This document shows, one piece after another, positions 27,471 through 37,699 of a stretch of DNA of 64,000 nt; the first letter of the stretch is position 1, and each line of letters starts with the position of its first letter. The notes under the pieces were generated by a model that worked only from the letters and a program-made list of their open reading frames with translations, was not told where the DNA came from and searched no databases. The translations under genes were made by a program, and so were the position numbers. This stretch comes from a virus. The stretch is from the IMG/VR virus record IMGVR_UViG_3300013286_000501, positions 16,060 to 80,059 of that record, one strand, 5' to 3'.

Positions 27471-27785
27471 TTACTGAGAACAGGTGCGTTCACGGTAAAT
27501 TGTTCCATCAGAATTTTGTATCTCTCTCCATTCTGTACAAACGGTTTGACGTTGAATAATCACCGACTGCGGTTGTTGCACCACTACAGGAGGTTGTTGG
27601 ACTACTACTGGAGCAGATTCTCTGGCAATTACTGCACCTGCAATACCGCCAAGGATCAAAGGTGCAACCCAACCACCTCCACCATAGTAGCCGCCGCGGT
27701 ATCCACCGTAGCCATGATGGTGCCACTGTGCCATTGCGGGCAAGGTGGCCAATGTCAATACTGCAACTGCTAATACTTTTTTCAT
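27471..27785 (-). CDS. Small secreted Gly/Tyr- and Pro/Val/Gln-rich protein
   Basis: Signal peptide, GYGGYRGGYY, PVVVQQP repeats, C-terminal Cys pair. Confidence 0.75.
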   Translation of the reverse strand: MKKVLAVAVLTLATLPAMAQWHHHGYGGYRGGYYGGGGWVAPLILGGIAGAVIARESAPVVVQQPPVVVQQPQSVIIQRQTVCTEWREIQNSDGTIYRERTCSQ

Positions 27786-27898
27786 AACTATCTCCAAAAA
27801 TGTGACGGAATCCGAAGGGCTTGTGGAGTCTCCGCCTAACCTTCAAGGGCCTCTCACCCTGACAACCTGCTACGCAGATTTACCCCTTCCGGCGTATA

Positions 27899-28366
27899 TT
27901 ATTTAACACTTTGCGTCTCTGCGGTCAATTTACACATCAACATAAAATGATCATATGCTTTACGCACAGCCTCATTTTGTAATAACTTTTCAGCTTCTAC
28001 TGCCATGGCCTTAACACCTTCCTCGGCAATCTCACGAGCACTAGGTATTTCGATATAGTAGCGATCGTTATCAAATGCTTTGGCCAATGCCGCCCAGGCC
28101 TTGCGTTGTTTTTCAGTAATGGGCTTGTTATGTGGCCGCATTTCACTAGCCCGGACCACTGCCTTACTGATAGCATCCTCTGCAACACGACCGGCAGCAA
28201 TCATTGGAGCATATGCTGCATCAATGTTAAAGCGACGACTAGACCCCCCAGGATAACACATAACCAAGTGATTACCTTTTGGAAAACTGTCGAGGTAATC
28301 ATTGTCGTATTCAGCCACTGGAACATATCTACAACCAATTTTTTCATAGTAGATCTTCTTTGTCAT
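27899..28366 (-). CDS. Hypothetical protein
   Basis: 155-aa ORF. Confidence 0.7.
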   Translation of the reverse strand: MTKKIYYEKIGCRYVPVAEYDNDYLDSFPKGNHLVMCYPGGSSRRFNIDAAYAPMIAAGRVAEDAISKAVVRASEMRPHNKPITEKQRKAWAALAKAFDNDRYYIEIPSAREIAEEGVKAMAVEAEKLLQNEAVRKAYDHFMLMCKLTAETQSVK

Positions 28367-28643
28367 TACTCAATCCGTTACTGTGCCGATCTGTGATCTT
28401 TTCCACATCTTGGAAAAGTCGTCTTTCCTGTAGTGTGGGCTCGTTAAAAAACTTTCGAGGATTGCCGCACATAACACAGTTTGGATCACCACAGGTAGTT
28501 CCACTTAATTTGTGTAAACGATGCGCTTCATCGTTCTTAACTGGAAAGCCGTGTGCTTTGGCAATCTTTACCTGTTTGGCAATATGTGCATCGTCCTTGA
28601 GTAGACGCTTACTGTGTTTGAACTTGTCTTGCTCTATACTCAT
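28344..28643 (-). CDS. Hypothetical protein with CxxxxCxxC motif
   Basis: CGDPNCVMCGNPR; TTGACC-17-TATACT upstream. Confidence 0.7.
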   Translation of the reverse strand: MSIEQDKFKHSKRLLKDDAHIAKQVKIAKAHGFPVKNDEAHRLHKLSGTTCGDPNCVMCGNPRKFFNEPTLQERRLFQDVEKITDRHSNGLSNDKEDLL

Positions 28644-28686
28644 CTGCTACCTCTTTCATATAGTATAGCATCTTGTTGGTTGTTGG

Positions 28687-28935
28687 TCAACCGGCTAGTA
28701 CATCCTGGCTTCCGCCATTTAATACTCTGCCTTTGGATGTAGCGGCACCCTCTACAACTAAATGTTTATTTTCCACAAATACAGTTGTCGGGCTACTGAC
28801 AAATACTCCGCTACCTACTGTGTTCCCACCTTCGATAGCAGCTTCTTTATTATTAATGAACACAGTCTTTGCGCCAGTAACAATTAAGGTACCGGCAACA
28901 TCAACTCCTACTCTACCTGCCGGATGATCAGCCAT
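28687..28935 (-). CDS. PAAR-like spike tip protein
   Basis: PAGRVG, TVFINNKEAA, TVFVENK, GSQDV repeats. Confidence 0.7.
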   Translation of the reverse strand: MADHPAGRVGVDVAGTLIVTGAKTVFINNKEAAIEGGNTVGSGVFVSSPTTVFVENKHLVVEGAATSKGRVLNGGSQDVLAG

Positions 28936-28936
28936 A

Positions 28937-29614
28937 TTATACCAGGTTAGAAATATCAGGAGTGCCCGACAATGCTGCTGCATTGTTGGCAATGGAACTA
29001 GGTTTCTTGAAGTTAAACACAGCAAGCAATCGATCTTTCTGTTTCTTCAACCAACCAGTAACTTCTTGATATATTGTCATTTCAGTAATCCAGGTACCTA
29101 TCGATTTCATTGTATCTGTAAGTTTCTGATTCAAATAATTTCCAGCTACGGCCTGCTGATGGATCATAAACCCGTCTTTTAGTGCTGTCTTTATTTGTTC
29201 TATCACTGGGGGCATTGTTGGAACAGTTTTGCCAGCATCGATCAATCCTTGTTTAGTCACAGCAGTCTGAAAGTTGTTGGTTTGGATAACACTTGCGGCC
29301 ATCATCTCTTGAGTTCCAGCAGCATCGGCTATTGCTACCTTAACACTACCCATTGCCGAGTTAAGATCGCTAACAGCTTTACTAGCACCTTCTGAATTTT
29401 CTTTTATAGCATTAAGTGGAACTGCAAGATCAGCCAATGTAATTCTAACTCTTTCTAATTGAGCCAACATGGCGGTATGCTGTAAAGCCTGCACTGCATA
29501 TTGTTTTTCCATAGATGCCATTAAGGCTCCGACAGCAACAGCAGTTGTATCGGCAATAGTTAATGTTCCGCTGCCGCCTGGCGGGAATACGGTGGTTATG
29601 GTAGTTAAAGACAT
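28937..29614 (-). CDS. Hypothetical helical protein
   Basis: 225 aa; TATAAATA upstream. Confidence 0.7.
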   Translation of the reverse strand: MSLTTITTVFPPGGSGTLTIADTTAVAVGALMASMEKQYAVQALQHTAMLAQLERVRITLADLAVPLNAIKENSEGASKAVSDLNSAMGSVKVAIADAAGTQEMMAASVIQTNNFQTAVTKQGLIDAGKTVPTMPPVIEQIKTALKDGFMIHQQAVAGNYLNQKLTDTMKSIGTWITEMTIYQEVTGWLKKQKDRLLAVFNFKKPSSIANNAAALSGTPDISNLV

Positions 29615-29652
29615 ATAAATGCTCCTAGTTTAGAGTATTTATATGTGGATTA

Positions 29653-29940
29653 TTAGGCTAATGCAATTCCGGTAGTTCCCTGCATGTATTGATCAGCTGC
29701 GTCTTTCTTGCTGGGCAACATGACAAATACATGTTCTCTCTTAAGAGTCATTGTTTCTTTGTCAGCTAGAAAGATCCACGGCATCATGCCTAGTCCGCCA
29801 CCACTCATTGTCAGTGCTAGTGGGCGATTAATGGTAATACCATTTTGATCATCTTTTTCCAAACGAGCGATAATTTCGTCGCCGTTGACTAGTTTGATAC
29901 TGACTACATCGCCTTCGGCGATTGGTTTGCTTAATAACAT
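29653..29940 (-). CDS. Hypothetical protein (Sm-like fold candidate)
   Basis: VSIKLVNGDEIIARL. Confidence 0.6.
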   Translation of the reverse strand: MLLSKPIAEGDVVSIKLVNGDEIIARLEKDDQNGITINRPLALTMSGGGLGMMPWIFLADKETMTLKREHVFVMLPSKKDAADQYMQGTTGIALA

Positions 29941-29941
29941 T

Positions 29942-30436
29942 TTATTCCTTTGTTTCTTTCGGTAAATCGCACAAGGCTTCTAGAGTCTTGTAATTGTTGT
30001 AGGCTTTTTTCAATGCCTCAAAGTGTTCTAACTTTGCAGGGTCCGGAACCAATATGGCTAACCGACTCTGTATATCATCTAATATTTTGGCAATACTAAC
30101 ACCTTTGATCTTAACATCTCCTTCAAAATCTGCATCGCCTCGGACACTTAATGATGAAGGATTAGATGATGATGTTATTATGCTTGGAGCAGTACTCCAA
30201 GTAGTTCCATTCATGCCGTTATATAGATATGATCCTGCACTACCTATAGCGCCAGCTGTGGATATAGTAAAAGAGCTCGAACTCCATAATGACGAGTCAA
30301 GAGTAATAGTATCAGAATCTATTTCTCCAGTCTCCTGCGCTATAAAACCTGGTTCATCTGACTCGTCTTTCCATTTAAAATCTTCTGTTTTAATATTGGA
30401 CAGAGCCTCTTTGATTTTATCAAATCCATTAGCCAT
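29942..30436 (-). CDS. Hypothetical protein
   Basis: 164 aa, Ser-rich middle. Confidence 0.65.
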   Translation of the reverse strand: MANGFDKIKEALSNIKTEDFKWKDESDEPGFIAQETGEIDSDTITLDSSLWSSSSFTISTAGAIGSAGSYLYNGMNGTTWSTAPSIITSSSNPSSLSVRGDADFEGDVKIKGVSIAKILDDIQSRLAILVPDPAKLEHFEALKKAYNNYKTLEALCDLPKETKE

Positions 30437-30653
30437 TTAGATGCGCTTTCAATTCATTAACTCCGCCGATTACTATACCGTCAATAATAATTTGTGGAAC
30501 TGATCGAGCAGTTGGGATTTCTTCTAGCAATTCTTCTCTGCTATATCCATCACCAATTTTACGTTCTTCAAATTTAATATCACGCTGGCCTAACAATGTT
30601 TTGGCTTGATCGCATTGGGGACAATTGTATTTTGACCATACAACAACTTTCAT
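30429..30653 (-). CDS. grx: Glutaredoxin
   Basis: CPQC, SVPQI, IGG motifs; next to nrdB. Confidence 0.92.
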   Translation of the reverse strand: MKVVVWSKYNCPQCDQAKTLLGQRDIKFEERKIGDGYSREELLEEIPTARSVPQIIIDGIVIGGVNELKAHLNG

Positions 30654-30665
30654 TTTTATTTTCCT

Positions 30666-31766
30666 TTATAGATCTGGTAGTTCGTCATATGTCACAGAGT
30701 CCGACATGGCCCCAATGACATAATTTGTACTTTCAGTTTCCTGTAAAGCACTTTGCTTTTTTCCGATATTGACATGCTTATTAAACCATGGGATAGGGTT
30801 AGATTTAGGATGCTCTCCTTGATACTTAACGCCAATGTCTTTGAGACGAGTAAATGCAGTATAATCAACAAAGTCACTCAAGATGGCAGCATTAAGTCCA
30901 ATGACTGGACCTAGTTTAAACAAATAGGTGGCCCAATCTTTTTCTTCTTGGATAACAGACATATACATTGCATATACTTCATCAGCACATTCTTCAACTA
31001 AATTGGCAAAATCTGCATCATCTTTGGTCACATTGTTGATTAACCAGGCAGTCCATTCTGCATGTAGGATTTCGTCCTGTAGGATTAGACTAATAATATT
31101 ACCATTACCAATATAAATCTTATTCTCTACCATGGCTAGACTAGTAGCAAATGATACCATAAAGCGGAATGCTTCTAGTGCATAGCTGGCATGTAGTGCT
31201 AGCCAAATTGCTCGCTTGTGTTCTCGTATTGATATTTCCTCACCTAACTCTTTACGACAGTTAAGAATATGAAGGTCCTCATAGTAGCGACCAATGTTAG
31301 CAGCCATACTAACAATTTCGCTTGTGTCGTGAATCTTGTTAAATTCTTCTTTAGGTACTCCATATACGTTCCTAATAATGTGACTGTATGACTTGCTGTG
31401 AATATTAGTTTCAAAGAAACTCCAGTTACTAACAAGTGCTTCTAGTTCAGGGATACTGATAACAGGACTAAACACTTGATTAGGCGCTCGCCCTTGAATA
31501 CTGTCCAGTGCAGTTTGGCGCAGTAGGTTGCTGGTGAAGATATGCTTGATTGCATCACTGGAATCCTTGTGATCCATTTTGTCTTTGGTAAGACTAATTT
31601 CCTCTGGCACCCAAAAGAAACCACGTGCTGTTTCTTCATATTTGGCGATCCGAGGATACTTGACTTCTTCAAACCGCTGTACAGTGACCGGACCTGCTGG
31701 ATCCAAAAACATTGTGCGTTTTAGATAGTTTGTTTGTTTTGTTAAATTGTATTGTGCTTTGCTCAT
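30666..31766 (-). CDS. nrdB: Ribonucleotide reductase class Ia beta subunit
   Basis: FFWVPEE, DSIQGR, IHSKSY, EAFRFMVSF, DEILH. Confidence 0.96.
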   Translation of the reverse strand: MSKAQYNLTKQTNYLKRTMFLDPAGPVTVQRFEEVKYPRIAKYEETARGFFWVPEEISLTKDKMDHKDSSDAIKHIFTSNLLRQTALDSIQGRAPNQVFSPVISIPELEALVSNWSFFETNIHSKSYSHIIRNVYGVPKEEFNKIHDTSEIVSMAANIGRYYEDLHILNCRKELGEEISIREHKRAIWLALHASYALEAFRFMVSFATSLAMVENKIYIGNGNIISLILQDEILHAEWTAWLINNVTKDDADFANLVEECADEVYAMYMSVIQEEKDWATYLFKLGPVIGLNAAILSDFVDYTAFTRLKDIGVKYQGEHPKSNPIPWFNKHVNIGKKQSALQETESTNYVIGAMSDSVTYDELPDL

Positions 31767-32008
31767 TGCTTATCCTGTTTTGTTAGTGTTGGATTGTTCC
31801 AAACATTTCTATTGTGTATTACACTGTCTTTCAGTAACCGCCAAGTGCGTTCTTGGAGTGTTTCTGTCCATTCAAAATACAAACTGTTCAAAGGCGGTCT
31901 GCCAGTTGATTCATCGTATAGGCTTTTGTGCTGGAGGTAGTATTTAAGCCAAATACATTTTCCACTAGTTACTTTGGTGGGTAACCAGGCGAATTTTTTA
32001 TTTTCCAT
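31763..32008 (-). CDS. Hypothetical protein
   Basis: FAWLPT...IWL; ATGA overlap with nrdB. Confidence 0.6.
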   Translation of the reverse strand: MENKKFAWLPTKVTSGKCIWLKYYLQHKSLYDESTGRPPLNSLYFEWTETLQERTWRLLKDSVIHNRNVWNNPTLTKQDKQ

Positions 32009-32056
32009 TGCACATTGGCTTTCTAGTAGTTCTGCCGCAGGTACATGTACTCATAG

Positions 32057-32275
32057 TTATCCTTTGTAGTATTGTACAATGCCTAGGAACCATACCGAAG
32101 CCAGCATGCCAAAGTTTGCGGCACTGGGCCAATCTCTTGTGCGTACAGCAGTGGCTAACCAAGCGGCATTGCCTATAAACAATAATTCAATGCCTAGGAT
32201 AGGATCTAGTTGAAAACTAACCACAGTAGCGCCTGCTAGCATGACACTAAAGCATAACCATTTGATTACATTCAT
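32057..32275 (-). CDS. Small 3-TM membrane protein
   Basis: Three hydrophobic segments. Confidence 0.6.
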   Translation of the reverse strand: MNVIKWLCFSVMLAGATVVSFQLDPILGIELLFIGNAAWLATAVRTRDWPSAANFGMLASVWFLGIVQYYKG

Positions 32276-32276
32276 A

Positions 32277-32402
32277 TTAGGCCATGGTGATGGCAATAAA
32301 TGCCAGCATAAAACTCAACACTGCTCCTACGATGGGAATCACAATGTGTATGTGTTTTACCACATCTTCTACTGGATCTTCTTCTTGATTTGGATCTTCC
32401 AT
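32277..32402 (-). CDS. 41-aa single-TM protein (missed by ORF track)
   Basis: MEDPNQEEDPVEDVVKHIHIVIPIVGAVLSFMLAFIAITMA. Confidence 0.55.
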   Translation of the reverse strand: MEDPNQEEDPVEDVVKHIHIVIPIVGAVLSFMLAFIAITMA

Positions 32403-32405
32403 ATT

Positions 32406-32870
32406 TTAACTTTCTGTTATTCTTTTCACACGCACAGCCCAGTTGCCACGTAGGGCAAAATACAATCCACCAATCCAAAGACTGAAGTGTAAGTAGTCAG
32501 TGAGAATAAACTGTAGGATGCTTTCTGGTTTCAACACTGTCCAGATCACACCAGTGGCCACACAGCACATCACAATGCCGCTGAATCTGGTGACAACATC
32601 GCCCAGTTCTGCCAAGATGCTGATGTCTCTGATTCGGGGCAGGGTTGGCACAGCACCTGCCAACAGGCCCACACCAGCGCCAATCTCACTCACAATAACA
32701 AACAGCCACACCATGGCGGGCAAGCCAAATGCTTCTCCACCCCCAGCATCGTAGGGCAGTTTGCTGAGACCCTGCGTAATGAATACAAGGGCAAGTGGTA
32801 TGCGTAACAAGATGTGGCTCCAGTCAAAGTCTGGTAGTCGTTGCCAATAGTTTTTAAATATGTTTGTCAT
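32406..32870 (-). CDS. DoxX-like membrane protein
   Basis: LLRIPLALVFITQGLSKL...SEIGAG; four TM helices. Confidence 0.7.
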   Translation of the reverse strand: MTNIFKNYWQRLPDFDWSHILLRIPLALVFITQGLSKLPYDAGGGEAFGLPAMVWLFVIVSEIGAGVGLLAGAVPTLPRIRDISILAELGDVVTRFSGIVMCCVATGVIWTVLKPESILQFILTDYLHFSLWIGGLYFALRGNWAVRVKRITES

Positions 32871-33001
32871 GGTTCAACTCCGAATAGTTTCACTGGGTGC
32901 CCATTCATCTGAACAGTCCAATGATTCTTATAAAGTATAGGGACAAAACACAAGGTCATCCCAATCATGCAAAATACAAACGCCTTTAATAGTTCTTTCA
33001 T
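32867..33001 (-). CDS. 44-aa ORF ending in a junction-repeat-like box (FGVEP)
   Basis: Ends TTCGGAGTTGAACCATGA, overlapping the DoxX start. Confidence 0.5.
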   Translation of the reverse strand: MKELLKAFVFCMIGMTLCFVPILYKNHWTVQMNGHPVKLFGVEP

Positions 33002-33017
33002 TTTGTTTCCTTAATTG

Positions 33018-33551
33018 CTATATTTTGCGGCAAATGGCCACTGCCGCTCTACTGCCCACACCAATCATGCCACACCATGCGCTTAGTATGGGATTGCTAC
33101 TGACCACTCTAGCGCCAGCATCGTCCCTGTGATGAATCTCATCTGCTTGACACTTGATCAGCACCTCAAGGATCTTGTTGTGATCCCTATACTCACTCAA
33201 CTGATCGATCTGTTGCTGATAATGCTGGTCCACAAATGTTTCCACTGCTTGAATAGTGGCATACACAGTATTACGGCCAAACAGGGCAGGCACAGCACCA
33301 GTGAGCCAACCTGCCACTCGCCAAGGTGTTTCCAGTCTGCTACGCTGTTCACCGGGCACCAACTGGTTCATCATGGTCAAATGCGCCTGTTCTACAGCAC
33401 CGTGCTCATCAGCAAACCGCATGAGTTCATGGTCACCACGCCAAAGAGCCACGGCTTTGATACCACGATAGATTTCCACAGCACCCACTTCGCCAGCATG
33501 ATCCGAACGCAGTTCCTGCTCTATGTATTTGGAGTCAGGATGTGTGTTCAT
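33018..33551 (-). CDS. coq7: Coq7-type demethoxyubiquinone hydroxylase (di-iron)
   Basis: LRSDHAGEVGAVEIYRG, EQAH, VETFVDQHYQQQ, DEIHH. Confidence 0.88.
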   Translation of the reverse strand: MNTHPDSKYIEQELRSDHAGEVGAVEIYRGIKAVALWRGDHELMRFADEHGAVEQAHLTMMNQLVPGEQRSRLETPWRVAGWLTGAVPALFGRNTVYATIQAVETFVDQHYQQQIDQLSEYRDHNKILEVLIKCQADEIHHRDDAGARVVSSNPILSAWCGMIGVGSRAAVAICRKI

Positions 33552-33552
33552 G

Positions 33553-33849
33553 TTATTTCATTGTGGCTGTGTAGGCCGCAATGTTTTTAATATCGTCAGC
33601 GCTCAGCGCACCAGCCATACCCCACATGAGAGCACTTTGTGGACCACGCTGTTCTTTGTTTTTGTAGGCTGTGAGTTTTTGTACAATCACTTCTGGCTTC
33701 TGTCCTGCCAACTTGGGACCTGCTCCGCCTTGACCTTGAGCACCATGACAGGCCGCACAGGTGGCATATTTGGCCTTGCCCAGATCGGCATTCTGTGCCT
33801 GGGCTGGAACTGATAACGCTACAAGAGAGGCTACTACGAGATATTTCAT
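33553..33849 (-). CDS. Class I cytochrome c (c553-like)
   Basis: Signal peptide, CAACHG, PKLAGQ, distal Met, LSADDIKNIAAY. Confidence 0.92.
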   Translation of the reverse strand: MKYLVVASLVALSVPAQAQNADLGKAKYATCAACHGAQGQGGAGPKLAGQKPEVIVQKLTAYKNKEQRGPQSALMWGMAGALSADDIKNIAAYTATMK

Positions 33850-33869
33850 TTTGTTACCTTTATTAAAAA

Positions 33870-34253
33870 TTAATTACGAGACAGCATTTGGTCAGCTCGT
33901 GTTACTGCGGCAAGTCTTTGATCTTCAGTCAGCTCATCACAGCGACTGGAACGATCTGGTGCTCGCAACCAATCCACACCTGTACGTGGTGCATAGGTTC
34001 GTTCCACTGAACGAAACACAGCCCATGTGCCAAACACCATACTGATAATGGCAATGTGCCCAATCATGTTGTAACCGATTGTAAGCAGTTCGCCCACATA
34101 TAAACCAAATGCCAAACTCCAAAAGCAACCCAGCAAGATTGAGGCAAAGTATTTGATGTGTGCGGGAGCATGTCGTAGGGGATTGATGTTGGGATTCATG
34201 ATGTTCCACGAGGAACGAGTCACTAACCAGAAAAATTTGAGTATGCTAAACAT
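33870..34253 (-). CDS. Membrane protein
   Basis: MNPNINPLRH followed by two TM helices; TTGACA-18-TATAAT at 34279-34308. Confidence 0.7.
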   Translation of the reverse strand: MFSILKFFWLVTRSSWNIMNPNINPLRHAPAHIKYFASILLGCFWSLAFGLYVGELLTIGYNMIGHIAIISMVFGTWAVFRSVERTYAPRTGVDWLRAPDRSSRCDELTEDQRLAAVTRADQMLSRN

Positions 34254-34327
34254 AACAGTCCTTGAATGTTAAAATTTAATTATACTATGTTCAAGTACCT
34301 GTTGTCAACTGTTTTTGATAACAAATA

Positions 34328-34978
34328 TCAATATCTTCCGCTGGCAAGAACTATGCGGGCAATGTGCTCGAGGCGTTCTATGTGCTCATATGCACGCCAC
34401 GGACTTGTGTCAATGGCCACAACGCCATGTCCTTTGATACCCACAATGTCGTAGGCAATGTTTCCGTCTTTATCTAACTGTAAGTTTTCGTGACAACGAT
34501 CAGCAAGCTCTTGGCTGATTGGAGCAACATCACCTACGTTTGGTGCTACTTTTGTATAACGATTGAGTTCCGGGAACGCATCGCTGATAGTACTGAGATC
34601 AATGCCGGCATGCATAGCTGCAATGCAGTAGGTAGGGTGAACGTGTACCACTACACGAACTTCACCACTATGCTGACCCATATTCTTTTGTAGGCCAAAG
34701 TGTAATGGAATCTCGCCGCTAGGTTCCAAGTTAGAACTGATATTAGTATAAAACTCTTCTTCCCACGATTTTGTTAAAAACGGCGGGGCTATATTAAGTT
34801 GATCTACTAATTTAATCTTCTTAAACTGGTCAGGCTGTAGTGTTTGCTTGCGGACGCCGCTGGGCGTGATATAAAAGTGATCACGGTCGTGATGACGAAT
34901 GCTAACATTGCCATCACGACTGGTAATCCAATTGCGCTTATATGCGTCTTCTAATACTTCACAAATTGTTTCTAACAT
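34328..34978 (-). CDS. Class II aldolase/adducin family protein
   Basis: GNVS, ITPSG, PSGEIPLH, HVHP, GHGV. Confidence 0.9.
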   Translation of the reverse strand: MLETICEVLEDAYKRNWITSRDGNVSIRHHDRDHFYITPSGVRKQTLQPDQFKKIKLVDQLNIAPPFLTKSWEEEFYTNISSNLEPSGEIPLHFGLQKNMGQHSGEVRVVVHVHPTYCIAAMHAGIDLSTISDAFPELNRYTKVAPNVGDVAPISQELADRCHENLQLDKDGNIAYDIVGIKGHGVVAIDTSPWRAYEHIERLEHIARIVLASGRY

Positions 34979-34980
34979 TT

Positions 34981-35307
34981 TTATACTCTAAAACTTTCAC
35001 CACATCCGCAACGGTCACGCTCGTTGGGATTTTTAAATTCAAATCCTTCGTTCAATCCATTTATTACATAATCTACTTCAACGCCATTAACATATGGAGA
35101 TGATCTACCATCCACCCAAACTTTAACTCCGTAGCTTTCATAAACAAATTGATCACGTGTAACAGGCACACTGTCTACATATTCTAACACATAGGCAAGG
35201 CCAGAGCAACCGGTAGTTTTAACACCTACCCTTATACCCAATCCCTTGCCGCGTTTTTCAATAACCTGTGCTACTTTTTTGGCAGCACGTTCTGTCATTG
35301 AGATCAC
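34981..35307 (-). CDS. iscA: Fe-S cluster A-type carrier IscA
   Basis: [23 protein letters not shown]. Confidence 0.93.
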   Translation of the reverse strand: MISMTERAAKKVAQVIEKRGKGLGIRVGVKTTGCSGLAYVLEYVDSVPVTRDQFVYESYGVKVWVDGRSSPYVNGVEVDYVINGLNEGFEFKNPNERDRCGCGESFRV

Positions 35308-37661
35308 AACTTGCAGGATTCGCAAGAATCATCTTCCAATTCAGTGTATAGTATAACATTATCTACGGCATTGATTGCAATAGGTGTGAGTGAATGTGTG
35401 CCGGTATCCGCCTTGGCACCAACTTTGTTGATCAAACTGTAGTAGATTGTTTTCAATCCCCACTTGTAGGCTAACATTAAATTCTTGGCAATCAGTGTGC
35501 CGGGAACTTTGCGATCCTGTTGTGTATCACTACTAGTGAAGTGTGCAGGATTGTAGAATGTATTGGTGCTTAATGATTGATCAATATACACTGCCAGTAC
35601 CGCCGATGTCTTCAAATACTCGACACAATCCTTTTGATCCCACATCAACTGATAACGATTCTTTAGGCGTTTGTACTCTGGTACTACCTGTACAAACGAT
35701 CCAGCCTTTGATTCCTTAACACTAATTAATTCCATCGGCATTTCAATTCCGTTGGTACTGTTTAGAACAACTGAGCTAGACTCTACAGGCGCAACTGCCA
35801 TCAGTGTAGCATTACGGATACCATACTTCTTCATACGTGCTCGCAATGGTTCCCAATCTAGACTAGGAGTAAAGTCTGTTAGCTCATTAACACCGGGCGC
35901 ACGGCGCTCCCAGGGGAATACTCCCTTACCGTAGTAAGTGTATTGGCTACGCTGACATGGTCCACGCTCTTGGGCCAGTTCAACACTCGCTTCAGTGAGG
36001 TAGTATGCTTGATGCTCCATCCACCGCTTGACTTCTGCAAGTGCATCAGCTTCGCCGTACTTAAAACTCTTACGCGCATGCCAGTAGGCTAGATTAGTGA
36101 TGCCAACGCCGAGAGGTTCGAAGTCTGTGTTGGCTAATTTACTTTGTACTGATAAGAAGTCTTGATAGTTCAACAAGTTGGATAACGAGCGAACTAGCAC
36201 ACGACAGGCTTTTCTCATTTCTTGTGGGTTACGGAATGCGCCCCAGTTGATTGACCCAAGAGTGCAAAGAGCAATTCGTCCCTCTGGATCTTCAATTCTT
36301 TGGAAAGGCTTCGTGGGTAAAAGTATCTCTTGGCATAAGTTTGATTGATATATAGGGTCAAGCTGTGTATCAAACGGCCCCTGGTTGATAACATTGTCGA
36401 TATTGACAAGATATATGCGCCCAGTATCAGTACGTTCTTTAAGGATTCCAGCTTTGAATATCGCATCCGCAGATACAACTTTCTTTTTAATTTTCTTGTC
36501 CTGCTCATATTGTAGATATAACTTCTCAAATTCTTTACTGTCTCTGTAGTAGGCTTCGTATAGGTCCGGGACCTCGTGAGGATCAAATAAAGAAATCATT
36601 TCGTTATTCTTATAACGATTCCAGAACATCTTATTAACTACAACACTATAGTCCATTTGTCTTACACGAACTTCTTCAGTACCTTGATTGTTCTTTAGTA
36701 CAATAAGGTCCTCAAATTGATAATGCCAAACAGGGAAGGTAACTGTACAACTGGCGTTGCGTATGCCGCCTTGGCTGCATGATCTCAAATCAGCAAACCA
36801 TTTCTTCAAGAATGGTATCATACCCGTATGTTTGATTTCTCCGTTGCGAATTGGAGCACCTAACGGTCTGATTCTGCCTATTTCGAGGCCGATTCCGGCT
36901 CGTTTTGAGGCATATTTGGCCATCATTTCCCCGGCCGCGAAAATACTGTCCAAAGTATCATCCGAACTAATGAGAACGCAAGAACTAAATTGTTTTGTAG
37001 TTGTTCCAAGCCCTGCCAAAACTGGTGTAGCCAACGTGAAGTGGCCTGCACTAGCACATTCATAATATTCTTTAACATATTTTAATCTTGTCTCTTTTAA
37101 TTCATTATGGAATGCTGTTGCAGCCGCAACAGCATAACGCACCTGCGGTGTTTCATAGATAGTATTATTGGCACGATTTTGTACAAGATATTTTTCACAT
37201 AACTGTGCGATAGCCGCAAACGTGTAAGTTTCATCTTTGTCGTGGTCAATAAACAGGTCAATAATGTTCCATTCATCTTCTGTGTACCAGTCTAGCAGTT
37301 CACTGGTGTACATACCTAGTTCTACATTCTTTTTAACAATATGGTAAAGTTTAGGCGGATCATATTCACCATATACTTCTTTACGCAACATACTGACACG
37401 TTGGCGACCTGCTACGTATTGATAATTAACGTTGTTGATTTCTGGGTTTTCAGATTCATCTATCAAATTAACCATAGCGTTGAGTAATAACTCATCTATG
37501 GTCTTTGTGCTCATTCCGTCGTGCAATTCTATTTGTGCTTTAATTTCAATCATACTAGGACTAACACCGTCAATGCCTTTGCAAGCATGGGCGACCTGTC
37601 TCTGTATTTTAGAAATGTTTAGTGGGACTTTTGTCCCATCTCTTTTGATCACGTTGATCAT
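35304..37661 (-). CDS. nrdA: Ribonucleotide reductase class Ia alpha subunit
   Basis: ATP cone (VIKRDG), SSCVL, SNLCQE, TIYY, C-terminal CESC. Confidence 0.97.
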   Translation of the reverse strand: MINVIKRDGTKVPLNISKIQRQVAHACKGIDGVSPSMIEIKAQIELHDGMSTKTIDELLLNAMVNLIDESENPEINNVNYQYVAGRQRVSMLRKEVYGEYDPPKLYHIVKKNVELGMYTSELLDWYTEDEWNIIDLFIDHDKDETYTFAAIAQLCEKYLVQNRANNTIYETPQVRYAVAAATAFHNELKETRLKYVKEYYECASAGHFTLATPVLAGLGTTTKQFSSCVLISSDDTLDSIFAAGEMMAKYASKRAGIGLEIGRIRPLGAPIRNGEIKHTGMIPFLKKWFADLRSCSQGGIRNASCTVTFPVWHYQFEDLIVLKNNQGTEEVRVRQMDYSVVVNKMFWNRYKNNEMISLFDPHEVPDLYEAYYRDSKEFEKLYLQYEQDKKIKKKVVSADAIFKAGILKERTDTGRIYLVNIDNVINQGPFDTQLDPIYQSNLCQEILLPTKPFQRIEDPEGRIALCTLGSINWGAFRNPQEMRKACRVLVRSLSNLLNYQDFLSVQSKLANTDFEPLGVGITNLAYWHARKSFKYGEADALAEVKRWMEHQAYYLTEASVELAQERGPCQRSQYTYYGKGVFPWERRAPGVNELTDFTPSLDWEPLRARMKKYGIRNATLMAVAPVESSSVVLNSTNGIEMPMELISVKESKAGSFVQVVPEYKRLKNRYQLMWDQKDCVEYLKTSAVLAVYIDQSLSTNTFYNPAHFTSSDTQQDRKVPGTLIAKNLMLAYKWGLKTIYYSLINKVGAKADTGTHSLTPIAINAVDNVILYTELEDDSCESCKL

Positions 37662-37699
37662 TGTTAGTTGAACCTTCTTAAATGTGTCGAGGAAGATAT

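Noticed and set aside
35304-37661. Intein or intron in nrdA
   Set aside because: Normal length (785 aa) with continuous motifs.
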